From Dipteris shenzhenensis (lineage: Eukaryota), in NCBI GenBank assembly GCA_047967505.1, contig CM106538.1: a DNA stretch of 64,000 nucleotides; one strand, given 5' to 3'. Under the pieces are notes generated by a model that was not told the origin of the DNA, did no database searches, and saw only the letters and a program-made list of their open reading frames with translations. This document shows, in pieces, positions 1 to 10,896 of this stretch. Each line of letters opens with the position of its first letter. Positions within the stretch are counted from its first letter, which is position 1. The translations under genes and the position numbers were made by a program.

Positions 1-385
1 GAGGCGGGAGAAGAGGAGAAGAAGACGGTGGGGGGACGTGGAATGGCAAGGCTAGCGGGAGGGCAAAAGGGCGAGAAGAGGTGTGAGGCGGCAAGGAGGG
101 GAGGCAAGGAGGCAGAAGGAGGGGGGGAAGTGAGGACGGGGGAGCAACAAGGGGAGGCAGAGCGGGGAAGGCAGTGAGTGGGGGCGGAGGCAACAAGGGG
201 AGGCAGGGGAGAAGGTAGAGCAGGGGGTAGAGGTGGAGCGGGGAAGGAAGGTGCAGAGCGGAGAGGGGGGAGGGGCGAGGCAGAGTGAGGGTGAGGCAAG
301 GAGGTAGGGCGAGCAGCGGGCGGAGCAAACAGGCCGCCGCAGGTAGAGGGGGGGAGCTCACTGAGCAGCTCCACCACCGCTTCGC
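1..385. repeat. G/A-rich low-complexity tract (degenerate GGCAAGGAGGCAGA-like units)
   Basis: Purine-dominated sequence with recurring ggcaagg/gaggcag motifs; no ORF in the track. Confidence 0.6.
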
Positions 386-389
386 TTTT

Positions 390-601
390 TGATATAGATT
401 GGATTAGTTATTGACACTTAGGTCACCTAGTACTTTTAGTGTCTTATGACACCTAGTACTAATGGTACCACTAGGACACTAGGAGGTCCTAGGGTTCTCT
501 TTTATAGTACTTTGTACTTTCATTTTCATTATACTAGTTGATGTGACGGCTTCCACTTCTTGCTCCACTCTTGTGCATCCTTTTGCTTCTGTGAGCCTAC
601 A
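390..601 (+). repeat. Copia 5' LTR (~212 bp; left edge inferred)
   Basis: Ends ...cctaCA one base before the PBS; starts at TG at the end of the GA-rich tract; no second LTR to confirm the left edge. Confidence 0.6.
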
Positions 602-602
602 G

Positions 603-614
603 TGGTATCAGAGC
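603..614 (+). promoter_or_regulatory. Primer binding site (tRNA-iMet)
   Basis: Exact TGGTATCAGAGC. Confidence 0.9.
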
Positions 615-994
615 ACTTCCTTCCCAAACCTGCTCGCTACTCCTAGCTTCCTGCTTCCATCTCTAGCTCTCGCACTTTAGCTCCATCGTGAAGCTCAGCT
701 ACCGGATGTCTTGCACAGCTCCGACGAGACCCCGCGACCTGTTGTCCATACAATTTCATAAAATTGTATGGATTTTCATACGATGTGCCAACTGTTTCAA
801 AAAAAATCCCATTCTGTACAGCGCGTCAGACCATGTTCGTACAATTGTATGGATTTCTGTATAGTTTTCGATTTCCGTATAGTTTTTGATTTTTGCAGAT
901 TTTCATACTTCGGCATCCATACAGTTCTGTACCGGCCGTACCATTCCGTACCGTTCGGAGCAGACATTGCAACAGATCTGCAATTTTTTGGCGA

Positions 995-1450
995 CACTTG
1001 GGGCTTTTGCATTTGGGCCACGATTTTGCAAGTAGATTGCAGATTTGTAGACAATTTGGGGCTTTTCTTGAATTTGCCCCATTTTTGGCTCAGTTTTGTT
1101 GTACAAATGGGGGCTTTTGGGTCTATTGCAGGCAGATTGCACAATACTTTTAGATTTGCATTGAGTTTGGCAACAAATTTCAGGCCATTTGATCACATTT
1201 GCAAATTACACCTTATTTTGGGGCTTTTTCATTCGGGCTACGATTTTGCAAGTAGATTGCAGATTTGTAGACCATTTGGGGCTTTTCTTGAATTTGCCCC
1301 ATTTTGCGCTCAGTTTTGCTCTACAAATTGGGGCTTTTGGGTCTATTGCAAGCAGATAACACAATACTTTCAGATTTGCAGTGAATTTGGCAACAAATTG
1401 CACGCCATTTGATCACATTTGCAAATTACAGCTTATTTTGGGGCTTTTTC
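995..1450. repeat. ~220 bp tandem duplication in the Copia 5' UTR
   Basis: cgattttgcaagtagattgc at 1021 and 1241; flanking sequence aligns. Confidence 0.85.
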
Positions 1451-1545
1451 AGATTTGGACAACAAGTCCTATTTTTTGCAGTTGCAAGCCTTGAGGCTAT
1501 CTTTTGGGTCACTTTGTCAATGCTTTTTGACTTGTCCCATTTGCA

Positions 1546-3858
1546 ATGGCTGGCAACAATCATGATTTATTTGGCATTCTTCATGAAGATGATAAGTTGG
1601 ATGGCACCAAATATCCGATGTGGTCTTATCTCATGAAACATATTCTTGTTGCAAGGCATTTTTGGAACATTGTTTCTGGGGTTGATCTGAGGCCAGCCAA
1701 TGCTACAATGGCTTGCCAGTCCCCCTGTAGAGGCTACTCCTCTTGATGCTTTATCCTCTAGCACCCCTGTTGCTGCTCTTCCAACTTAGGAGCAAACAAG
1801 ATGGGATGCAAGAGATCCAAATGCACATTCCTGTATTGCTTTATCATGCAAGAGAATCATTATTCCACACATCCGGTCATGCAGGATAGCAAAGGATGTT
1901 TGGGACAAATTGGCTTCTCTTTATCAGATTTGCAATGAGGCACGTGCTGCATATTTAAGAAGGCAATTGCAGGAAGTCAACATGAATGAAGGTGACTCTA
2001 TGGATGCATAGTTAACAAAGGTCAAGGACCTCATGGAACAACTTGCCAATATTGATGAAGTGGTGCCCAATTCTCAGCTTCTCAGTACCACATTGAATGG
2101 TTTGCCAGATAGAAATCAAGGGTTCGCTACAACCCTTTGACTAGTGGCCATGGGTAATCCAAACCACAACTGCTTTGATCAGTTAGTCACTTTGCTTTTG
2201 CAGGAAGAGCAAAGTCATGCTAATAGACAAGCTACTATTCCTGATCATGCATTTGCTTCTTAGCAGACAGGAAAAGGCAAGGCTTCCAAGCCTATGGGCA
2301 AGCCTAAATATGCACCTAACGCTGGCAATTCCTCCAATGCATCTCAAAATACAGCTGACAAGTCAAAGAAGAAAAGATGCAACTATTGTCGCAAGCAAGG
2401 GCATGAAAGTTCAGAATGCAGGAAGCGCATTGCTTCGAAGAAAAAGAAAGTAGGATTGACAGTCAATGCCTCACATGCAATTGAATCCCACGAGCCAGCA
2501 GAAGCCTCACATGCACATGCTCTCTAGGATGATTGGGCATGGACTGTCCATTGCTCCTTTGATCCCTCCAAAGTTGATGCATTCTTTACTGTTAATGTTC
2601 TTTTTGTGCCTGGAATTGAAGTCAACTTGATTTCAATTTCAATAATTGCCACTTCAAGTTTTAGAGTGATATTTGATGGATACAGATGCTTAGTATGTGA
2701 TCTTCATGATGACAATGCCATAGTTCTCACTGGCACTTTGCAAAAGCGGCTTTATCACCTTGATCATCACTAAGTTGTACTTTCTATTGAAGCATTTGCG
2801 ATTTTAGATTCACAGCTTGCTGAAACTCATCTTTGGCATGAGAGAATGGGTCATCTCAATTATAGAGCTCTTGCCAAGTTACATTCATAGGGCATGGCAA
2901 ATGATGTACCTCAAACTCACACAATTTCCAAACATGTGTGTGAGGGTTGTATTTTGGGTAAGATGCATCGGTTTCCTTTTCAAAAGAATTGTCCAAAATT
3001 CTCACAAAGGAAATTGCAGCTAGTGCACAGTGATGTCTGTGGCCTAATGAGGACAAATGCCATTAGGGGGTACAAATATTTCATGACTCTAATTGATGAC
3101 TTCACAAGGTATTGCTGGGTATACGCTTTAAAAGCCAAATCTAAAGTGTTCTCATGCTTTCAGAGCTGGCTGAATATGGTTGAGAATGAATCAAGATGGA
3201 AGCAACACAGATAGGGGGGAGAGTATATGTCAAAGGAGTTTGATGCATTTTTGTCTTCACGAGGCATTGTTCACTCATGCACTACTCCTTACACTCCTTA
3301 GCATAATCATGTTCCTGAAAGAAAGAACAGGTGCACTATGGAGATGGCTAGATGCATGCTTAAGGCCAAGTCCTTGCCCAATAAATTTTGGCTTGATGCA
3401 GTGATGTGTGCCAACTATGTGCTGAATAGATCACCTACAAGGGCATTGAGGTCTGTTACACCTTATGAAGCATGGAAACGTAGGAAGCCTTCACTTTCAC
3501 ACATGAGAGTTTTTGGATTTCTTGCATATGTTCATGTACCATCTCAGCTGAGACATAAGCTTGATAATAAGGCAATCAAATGCATACTTATTGGTTACAG
3601 CCAGGCGACAGAGGGTATCGGTTATACCAACCAAGTACTTGGAAGATTATTGTCAGTAGAGATGTAATCTTTACTGAAGATTCAGCTTCTCATCTTATGG
3701 ACTGCAAAGCTAGGCCACAAGTTGACATGTTTGATGCCTTTGACTCTTGGTTACCTCTGCTTCCCTCAGAGGGAGACTTCGACCAGCAACATGAGCTTCC
3801 CCTCCAACAAGCAATGATCAGCCAGCACCCCATGCTGATTTGTAGGTTCCTCTTTTAG
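1546..3858 (+). pseudogene. Degenerate Copia gag-integrase polyprotein
   Basis: ORF fragments 1546, 2294 (CX2CX4HX4C), 2894, 3338 (MARCML..W..AV..ANY..NRSP; KLDNKAIKCILIGY), 3580 (SRDVIFTE), with stops and frameshifts. Confidence 0.9.
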
Positions 3859-3912
3859 CACAAAATGATCCCAATATTCATGATGCAGTGATTGAAGAAA
3901 GAGCTTCTTATA

Positions 3913-4728
3913 GGCTTGGTTTTTTGGTTTTCCACGGGCTTGGGGATTCTCTTTCTAGTTTCCCTTTCCTGTACTCTCTGCTATAGATTTTTGCATTTGT
4001 TTGACTTGTGCTTACACTTGCTTTTGAACTTGCCTCACCAATTTGGCAATAGATTCGTGTTTGGGTAAGTTTTTAGCTTCTCCCATTGCTTGATCCTGTG
4101 CCTCTCTACGCTTAGCGAAGGCATTCTATTTGATCTTACTATTGAGAAGGCTGGTAATCCTAAAATTGTTGATGGCATTTTTAAAATCTCGAACCAACTA
4201 ATTGTGCCATTCCTTGGTAGTGTTTTTCCAAAGGATTTGTGGTGTGTCAAGTAGGTTGAGATCAGTCATCATCAAAGCCAAAATTTCACGAAGGCTAGCC
4301 TCAAAAGTTTGAGGGTAGTCCATGAGCTTTTTCTCTAAATTAGAGACTGTGAGTTTTTGGGCTTCAATAAGCGCATCATGGCATTTCATCCTATACTCAT
4401 TGCATAGGGCTGTCAAAGACTGCTGGATCGCGGTCTGTTTTTCGATCCTTTTGCAAAAGCTCTTAGCCCTGTCTAGTGCTTGGAAGGTCTTTTTGTACTC
4501 TTCAATGGACTTTCTAAGAAAATCCAAGCAATGTGAAGGTAGCTTGTTGATAGCTTCCAAGAAAGTAGTCGGGGTACTCGCAATGGCATCATCTGCATCT
4601 CGACGACGCTTCTGTCAATTTCCAACATTACTGAAGGGGTTATGTGGCACATCTTCACTGACAAAACGAAAGACCTCAAGAGCTCTAGAAGAAGCTCCCT
4701 CGTGGTCGCCTTCCGCTATATTCACCAT
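3913..4728 (-). pseudogene. Second, 3'-truncated copy of PLE ORF1 (coiled-coil protein)
   Basis: Aligns with ~8778-9586; MVNIAEGDHEG start at 4728; RKSIEEYKKTFQALDRAKSF and EAQKLTVSNLEKKL shared. Confidence 0.8.
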
Positions 4729-4736
4729 GATAACAA

Positions 4737-5703
4737 GGTTTAGGTTTTAGAAAAATAAGAAAAGGTGTGTAGTAGTGAAGTGTGAGTGATTGGCTAGCTG
4801 CGGCAGCAAAAAATGAAAAAAATGGAATTTGCGAGGGTCGGTTATGTGGTTAAAACTGTGTCTAAAAAACTATGTGAAGAATGTGCTTGTGAAGTGTGCA
4901 AAGGTGCTTAAAGTGCTAAGAATACATGTGTAAGGTAGAATACTCAAGTATTAAACACAAAACTAAGTAACCAAAAGCTCATGGACAAAAAGATGGCCAG
5001 AAGCACACACTGTACATGAACAAATTGATGTTCAAGTACTAATAAACATCCAAGCAAGCATGAAACAGTACGTGAGCAACAAGTTGCACAAGTACTCACA
5101 CACAAGAGCAATACATGATCAACAAAGTTGCACAAGTACCTCACATAAAGACACAAAGACACAAGAGACAAAAAGAGATAGAAAATCCTCTTTGTATTAC
5201 AAGCGGTGCTTTGTTCTAGCTTTGTTTCGCTTGATATTCTCAAGCTCATCAATGGAATACTTGAAAACTGAGAACACGAATGAGAGAAGCTCCCCCTTTA
5301 TAGTGGGGGGAGGCCACTTTTTGTCCTCTTTTCTTATGGGATTACTATTGGGGCATCGCCACGTGTCAATAGCCCACAAAATCAAAAATTTGATTTCTAG
5401 GGACTGGTTATGTTAGCCCAAAAATAACCCTGAAATGCTCAAAAAATGGTCCAAAAAGAGTGTGAAAAGTCCCAAAATGACAACCCGAGCCTGAGAGGTC
5501 TCATATGCCATAAAGGCGGATGCTCTAGGGGGTGTCTTACAAGGTAGGACGTGCACGGCCTAACTAGACCTAGGCATCTTAAGACGTGATTTGACCAAAA
5601 AAGAGCGAAGGTTTCATGGATTCCTCTAGCAAATGATTGGTCGAGGTAGATGCTGTAGCTCAAGATGTTGTTGGCAAAGTCGATGAAGTTTAGGATTTAG
5701 GGT
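4737..5703 (-). repeat. PLE pseudo-LTR unit 2 (~965 bp)
   Basis: Direct repeat of 5704-6683; bounded by aggtttaggttttag and gtttaggatttaggg. Confidence 0.85.
5205..5260 (-). ncRNA. Degenerate type I hammerhead ribozyme motif (pLTR copy)
   Basis: Minus strand ttcca-tTGATGA-gcttga-gaata-tcaagc-GAAA: perfect 6 bp stem II; first core C and stem III altered. Confidence 0.6.
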
Positions 5704-6683
5704 TCTAGAAAAATAAGAAAAGGTGTGTAGCAGCGAAGTGTGAGTGGTTGGCCAGCTACGGTACCAAAACAGTTGCTATGGCAACAAAAAATTAAAAAAA
5801 TGGAATTTTCGAGGGCCAGTTATGCAGTTATGTGCTTAAAATTGTGTCTAAAAAACTGTGTGAAGAATGTGCTTGTGAAGTGTGCAAAGATGCTTAAAGT
5901 GCTAAACATGAGTAAGGTAGAATACTCAAGTAGTAAACATAAAACTAAGCAACCAAAAGCTCATGGACAAAAAGATGGCCAAGAGCATACACTGTACATG
6001 AACAAATTGATGTTCAAGTACTAATAGACATTTAAGCAAGCACGAAACAGTACATGAGCATCAAGTTGCACAAGCACTCACACATAAGAGCAATACATGA
6101 GCAACAAGGTTGCACAAGTACCTCACACAAAGACACAAAGACACAAGAGAGACAAAAAGAGATAGAAAATCCTCTTTGTATTACAAACGGGTGCTTTGTT
6201 CCAAACTAGTTTTGCTGGATATTCCCAAGCTCATCAATGGAACACCCAAAATGTGAGCATACAAATGAGAGAAGCTCCCCCTTTATAGTGGGGGGAGGCC
6301 ACTGTTTGTCCTCTTTGCTTATGAGATTACTCTTGGGGCATTGCCACGTGTCAATAGCCCATAAAAGCAAAAATTTGATTTTCGGGGACCGGTTATGTTA
6401 GCCCAAAAATAACCCTAAAATGCTAAAAAATGGTCCAAAAAGAGTGCAAAAAGTCCCAAAATGATGACCTGAGCCTAAGGGGTCTCATATGCCATAAAGG
6501 TGGTTGCTCCAGGGGGTGTCTTACAAGGTGGGACCCACACGGCCTAACTAGACCAAGGCATCTTAAGACGTGGTTTGACCAAAAAAGAGCAAAGGTTTCG
6601 TGGATTCCTCCAGCAAATGATTGGTCGAGGTAGATGCTGTAGCTCAGGATGTTGGCAAAGCCGGTGAAGTTTAGGGTTTAGGG
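5704..6683 (-). repeat. PLE pseudo-LTR unit 1 (~980 bp; begins inside the RT C-terminus at (CCCTAAA)2)
   Basis: Direct repeat of 4737-5703 and inverted repeat of 10092-10912. Confidence 0.85.
6189..6247 (-). ncRNA. Degenerate type I hammerhead ribozyme motif (pLTR copy)
   Basis: Minus strand gggtgttcca-tTGATGA-gcttgggaatatccagc-aAAA-ctag-tt-tggaac..caccc; stem I intact, two core transitions. Confidence 0.6.
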
Positions 6684-8320
6684 CGATTCCCAAGTTTAAA
6701 GCTTTCGTGTACTTTGACTAGTCAAGCTTAAGAACAAGGGGGGTCCTTTCACCCACCGAGGCTTGCCTTTTGGAAGATCCTTTAAGTAGAGTCGATCTCA
6801 TCCTGTAGGTGATTTTGTTGAAGCAATTCCGTAGAGTCTTATCTGGGTAACCACGAGATCTAAGGCATTGGTAAAACAAGATTCTAAGCCTCTTGTAGCC
6901 TTCAAACGTGCTTTCCCTGATGACATAGCGACGAAGTTCTCCGATGATGAAAGACTCTTTTTGGTGCTTCAGATGCCAAGAAGAGTAAGGAAGATATTGG
7001 TACCTATTCAACTCTTTTTGGTATTAACTAGAAGAGAGCTTTCCTGTGAAAGAAAAACATGGTCCCTTGAAAAGGTGAATGTCCAGAATATCAACAAAGG
7101 ATGTAGAGTAGCATGGGGTAATTCTAATATGGTCCTGAAAATCTTTTCCATAATCTTCAAGGTATTTGTCCAGATCAGATGAGGATCCCACCCATAAGCC
7201 GAATGCATCATCAATGTAGCGCCTGTAATATAACAGCTCTGAAGGAGGCTGTTTAACTTCCTACATGTTCTCCATGTGACAAAGGAAAAGGCAAGCATAA
7301 ACCACGGCAAAGTTGCTTCCCATAGCTATTCCTATTATCTGATGCTAAAATCTGCCTTCGAATTCTAAATAGCAATTTTTTAAAACCAAAGTGGCAAGAG
7401 ACATGATGAGGTTCAGTTCCATTATCTTGAAGTCATTCCTGATCATCTGCCGCAAGGCTGTAAGACCTTGATCCGTGGGAATACTAGGATATAGAGATTC
7501 CACATCAAAGGTAAAGAGAATGACATCTTTTGGTAAATGCAACTCAGAGATTTCTTTCAGTAGAGTGATAGAGTCCTTGAAATGTTGTTTGTGTCGAAGG
7601 GAATCGGAAAAAGTTCGTGGTGCAACCAAATAGAAGCATGCTCAAATAGAAAACCATTGTAAGAGTAGATTGGTTTGCCTACCAAAGCGGGTTTGTGGAT
7701 CTTCAGGAGGAAGTACAGGGCACAAACTCGAAAACCTGAACTAGGCTTCTGGAGGATGTATCTGACCTCTTCTGACGAAGGGATCTTTGACTCTAAGCAA
7801 ACCTGTTGCAACTGAAAGAATAGCTCCTCTAAGGGAACCTCCTGAATTGGTTCATATACTGCTGCATCTGTCAATTGCCTTTCTCCCTCTTTGACATACT
7901 AAGACTTATCCAAGATGGCTAGACCAAGATTTTTTTCAGCTAGTTTGATCACAATATCTTGGTTATTTTGCAATCTTTTGAGAGCCATTATCAAGGAAAG
8001 AGGAAGGTGGCATTTGGAGAGATTGGAGCAACGGGAGATAGATTCATGGAGAAGTTGTCTGCTGATAATGATAATATCTTCGAGAGGTTGGAAAGTTTCT
8101 CAAGGGTTCCAATTAGGATTGGGTACTCTGAAGAGTGAAGCAGGCCTATCCGGATTGGAGCGATAAAACCATCGAAGGTGCATTTATCTCACAAAACATC
8201 AAAGTCTACGAAAAGCTGAGTTGGTTCTGGAGGAGCGGACAGAGGGATGTAGCCCAAACCTAAACCCAAGAGTTTCTTCTCATGAAAGGAGAGACATATC
8301 TGAGAGAGGTTATGGATCAT
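6544..8320 (-). pseudogene. Penelope-like reverse transcriptase (ORF2), no endonuclease domain
   Basis: MIHNLSQ..EKKLLGLGLGYIP start; IVIKLAEKNLG; KIHKP; FDVESLYPSIP; GIAMGSNFA; YYRRYIDDAF; YLPYSSWH..GELRRY..RGYP; ends PIICWRNPRNLCSFLVKPRL..stop; several stops and frameshifts. Confidence 0.9.
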
Positions 8321-9586
8321 AGTGTTGGAGATACAGCAATCAAACTCAGAAGGAGTTTCCTAGAGAAAAAGAGAAGAGCATAATGTTCTGGATTTAGGAG
8401 AGGGAGCCAAAAGAGCCGCCTTAGCCACGGGTGTTTTGGCCTCTTTCTCGACTTGGTGGAGCAGAGTTGTTGCTTCGTGCACGTGGTCGTTTCTATTGTC
8501 TTCCTGAACCAGATTTCTGGCATTCTGGTTTTTGCATGACGAGGAAGGTTGTGCATGTGAGGGGGTGAAAGGCTTCTATCGAGCTTTGTTCCCCTACTAT
8601 TGTCGGTTTCCCTGCTAGTTTCCCTGTCAGTTTCCTTGCAAGTTTCCCTGTCAGTTTCCTTGTGAGTTTCCTTGCCGGTTTCCGTGCTAGTTCCCTTGCC
8701 GGTTTCCCTTTTGGATTTGAGAACGATTGCCCTAACTGTTTCTCTATCTGTTTCCCTTCCTGTTTTGTCTATTTCCTTGGTTTTTGGTTTTCCACGGGCT
8801 TGGGGATTCTTTTTCTGGTTTCCCTTGCCTGTACTCTCTGGTATAGATTTTTGCATTTGTTTGACTTGTGCTTGCACTTGCTTTTGAACTTGTTGCCTCA
8901 CCAGCTTGGCAATAGATTCCTGTCTGGGCAAGTTTTCAGCTTCTCCCATTGCTTGATCCTGTGCCTCTCTACGCTTGGGGAAGGCATTCTGTCTGATCTT
9001 ACTGTTGAGAAGGATGGTAGTCCTGAAACTGTTGATGGCAATTCTAAAATCTCAAACCAACCGATTGTGCCATTCCTTGGTAGTGTTTTCCCAAAGGATT
9101 TGTGGTGTGTCAAGTAGGTTGAGATTAGTCATCAAAGCCAAAATTTCACGAAGGCTAGCCTCAAAAGTTTGAGGATAGTCCATGAGCTTTTTCTCTAAAT
9201 TAGAGACTGTGAGTTTTTGGGCTTCAATAAGTGCATCATGGCATTTCATCCTATACTCATTGCATAGGGCTATCAAAGACTGCTGCATCGTGGTGTGGGC
9301 TACATCATCTAGCACTAAGAGTTGTGGTGGTTTCAACTTCAGACTATTGGGAATTGCACCTTCTTGCTTCTATTCTTCGAGCCTTTTACAAAAGCTCTTA
9401 GCCCTGTCTAGTGCTTGGAAGATCTTTTTGTACTCTTCAATGGACTTTCTAAGAAAATTGTCTTGACGACAATCGATTTCCAACATTACCAAAGGGGTTG
9501 TGTGGCACATCTTCACTGACAAAATGAAAGACCTCAAGAGAGCTAGAAGAAGCTCCCTCATGGTCACCTTCCATTATATTCACCAT
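8317..9586 (-). pseudogene. PLE ORF1: coiled-coil, basic protein with an 8-aa (24 bp) repeat block
   Basis: ORF pieces 9370-9567, 9052-9336, 8317-8949; Q/K-rich helix VRQQVQKQVQAQVKQ; ETGK/ETDR repeats at ~8600-8710; duplicated at 3913-4728. Confidence 0.75.
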
Positions 9587-9599
9587 GATAACAAGGTTC

Positions 9600-9930
9600 G
9601 GCTAGGTGCGACTGCAAAACAATAGCTGCGGAAGAAAAAAATGGAAAAAATGAAAATTTCGGGGGCCGGTTACGTGCTTAAAACTATGTCTAAAAAACTG
9701 TGAAGAATGTGCTTGTGAAGTGTGCAAAGCTACTTAAAATGCTAAGAATACATGAGTAAGGTATAATACTCAAGTACTAAACACAAAACTAGGAAACCAA
9801 AAGCTCATGGACAAAAAGATGGCCAAGAGCACACGCTATACATGAACAAATTGATGTTCAAGTACTAAACATACAAGCAAGCATGAAACAGTACGAGCAA
9901 TAGGTTGCACAAGTACTCACACACATGAGC
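9600..9930 (-). repeat. Partial pLTR/5' UTR upstream of ORF1
   Basis: Aligns with ~4810-5110 and ~5790-6090. Confidence 0.8.
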
Positions 9931-10421
9931 TATAGTTTTTTGGATCGTCTCTGCAACAAAATCCCCTGCAGGATGAGATCAACTCTACTCGAAGCATCTT
10001 CCAAAAGGCAGGGCTCCGGCGGGTAAAAGGACCCCCCTTGTTCTTAAGCTTGACTACTCAAAGTACACGAAAGCTTTAAACTTGGGGGTCACCCTAAACC
10101 CTAAACTTCACTGCCTTTGCTAACAACATCCTGAGCTACAACATCTACCTCGACCAATCATTTGCTGGAGGAATCCATGAAATCTTTGCTTTTTTTTGGT
10201 CAAATCATAGCTTAAGACACCTAGGTCTAGTTAGGCCGTGCAGATCCCACCTTGTAAGACACCCCTTGGAGCATCCACCTTTATGGCATATGAGACCTCT
10301 CAGGCTTGGGTCATCATTTTGGGACTTTTTACATTGTTTTTGGACTATTTTTGAGAGTTTTAAGGTTATTTTTAGGCTAACATAACCGGTCTCCAGAAAT
10401 CAAAATTTTGATTTTATGGGC

Positions 10422-10496
10422 TATTGACACATGGCGATACCCCAAGAGTAATCCCATAAGCAAAGAGGACAAAAAGTGGCCTCCCCCAACTATAAA
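10422..10496 (+). promoter_or_regulatory. Candidate Pol II promoter in the pLTR (G-box/ABRE-like element plus TATAAA)
   Basis: TATAAA at 10491-10496 is conserved in all three full copies; GACACGTGGC is perfect at 5358-5367 and 6343-6352 (minus strand) and reads gacacatggc here. Confidence 0.5.
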
Positions 10497-10530
10497 GGGG
10501 GAGCTTCTCTCATTTGTATGCTCACATTTT

Positions 10531-10589
10531 GGGTGTTCCACTGATGAACTTGAGAATATCAAGCGAAACTAGTTTGGAACAAAGCACCC
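10531..10589 (+). ncRNA. Minimal type I hammerhead ribozyme (best-preserved copy)
   Basis: gttcca(10535-40)-CTGATGA-a-cttga/gaata/tcaag-c-GAAA-CTAG-TT-tggaac(10575-80); stem I extended by gggtg/caccc across a bulge; palindromic 4 nt stem III. Confidence 0.8.
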
Positions 10590-10896
10590 GTTTGTAATAC
10601 AGAGAGGATTTTCTATCTCTTTTTGTGTCTCTTGTGTCTTTTTGTCTTTGTGTGAGGTACTTGTGCAACTTTATGGCTCATGTATTGCTCTTGTGTGTGA
10701 GTACTTGTGCAATTTTTGCTCATGTACTGTTTAGTAGCACATTCTTCACATAGTTTCTTAGACACAGTTTTAAGCACGTAACCGGCCCTCGAAATTTCCA
10801 TTTTTTTATTTTTTGTTGCTGCGGCTACTGTTTTGCTGCCGCAACTGGCCAATCACTCACACTTCACTGCTACATACACACCTTTTCTTATTTTTC

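Larger units (their letters stand above)
390..3912 (+). mobile_element. 3'-truncated Ty1/Copia LTR retrotransposon (5' LTR, PBS, gag, integrase; RT/RH and 3' LTR missing)
   Basis: TG..CA LTR followed by tRNA-iMet PBS; Copia gag motifs (KLDGTKYPMWS, CNYCRKQGHESSEC); integrase (LWHERMGHLN, CEGCILGK, HSDVCG, IDDFTR) directly after gag; breaks off at the Penelope-like ORF1 near 3913. Confidence 0.9.

Noticed and set aside
768-1412. 214 aa ORF and overlapping ORFs
   Set aside because: Arise from the 220 bp tandem repeat in the Copia leader; no protein motifs
4944-6633. Short ORFs in the ~1 kb repeats, and reading these repeats as true LTRs
   Set aside because: ORFs are not consistently preserved between copies; repeats lack TG..CA, PBS and PPT and are adjacent or inverted, which fits PLE pseudo-LTRs
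6544-8320. Telomerase (TERT) or group II intron/retron RT
   Set aside because: Single compact ORF with PLE-specific N-terminal and thumb motifs, an ORF1 and pLTRs; no TERT T-motif or exon structure recognised
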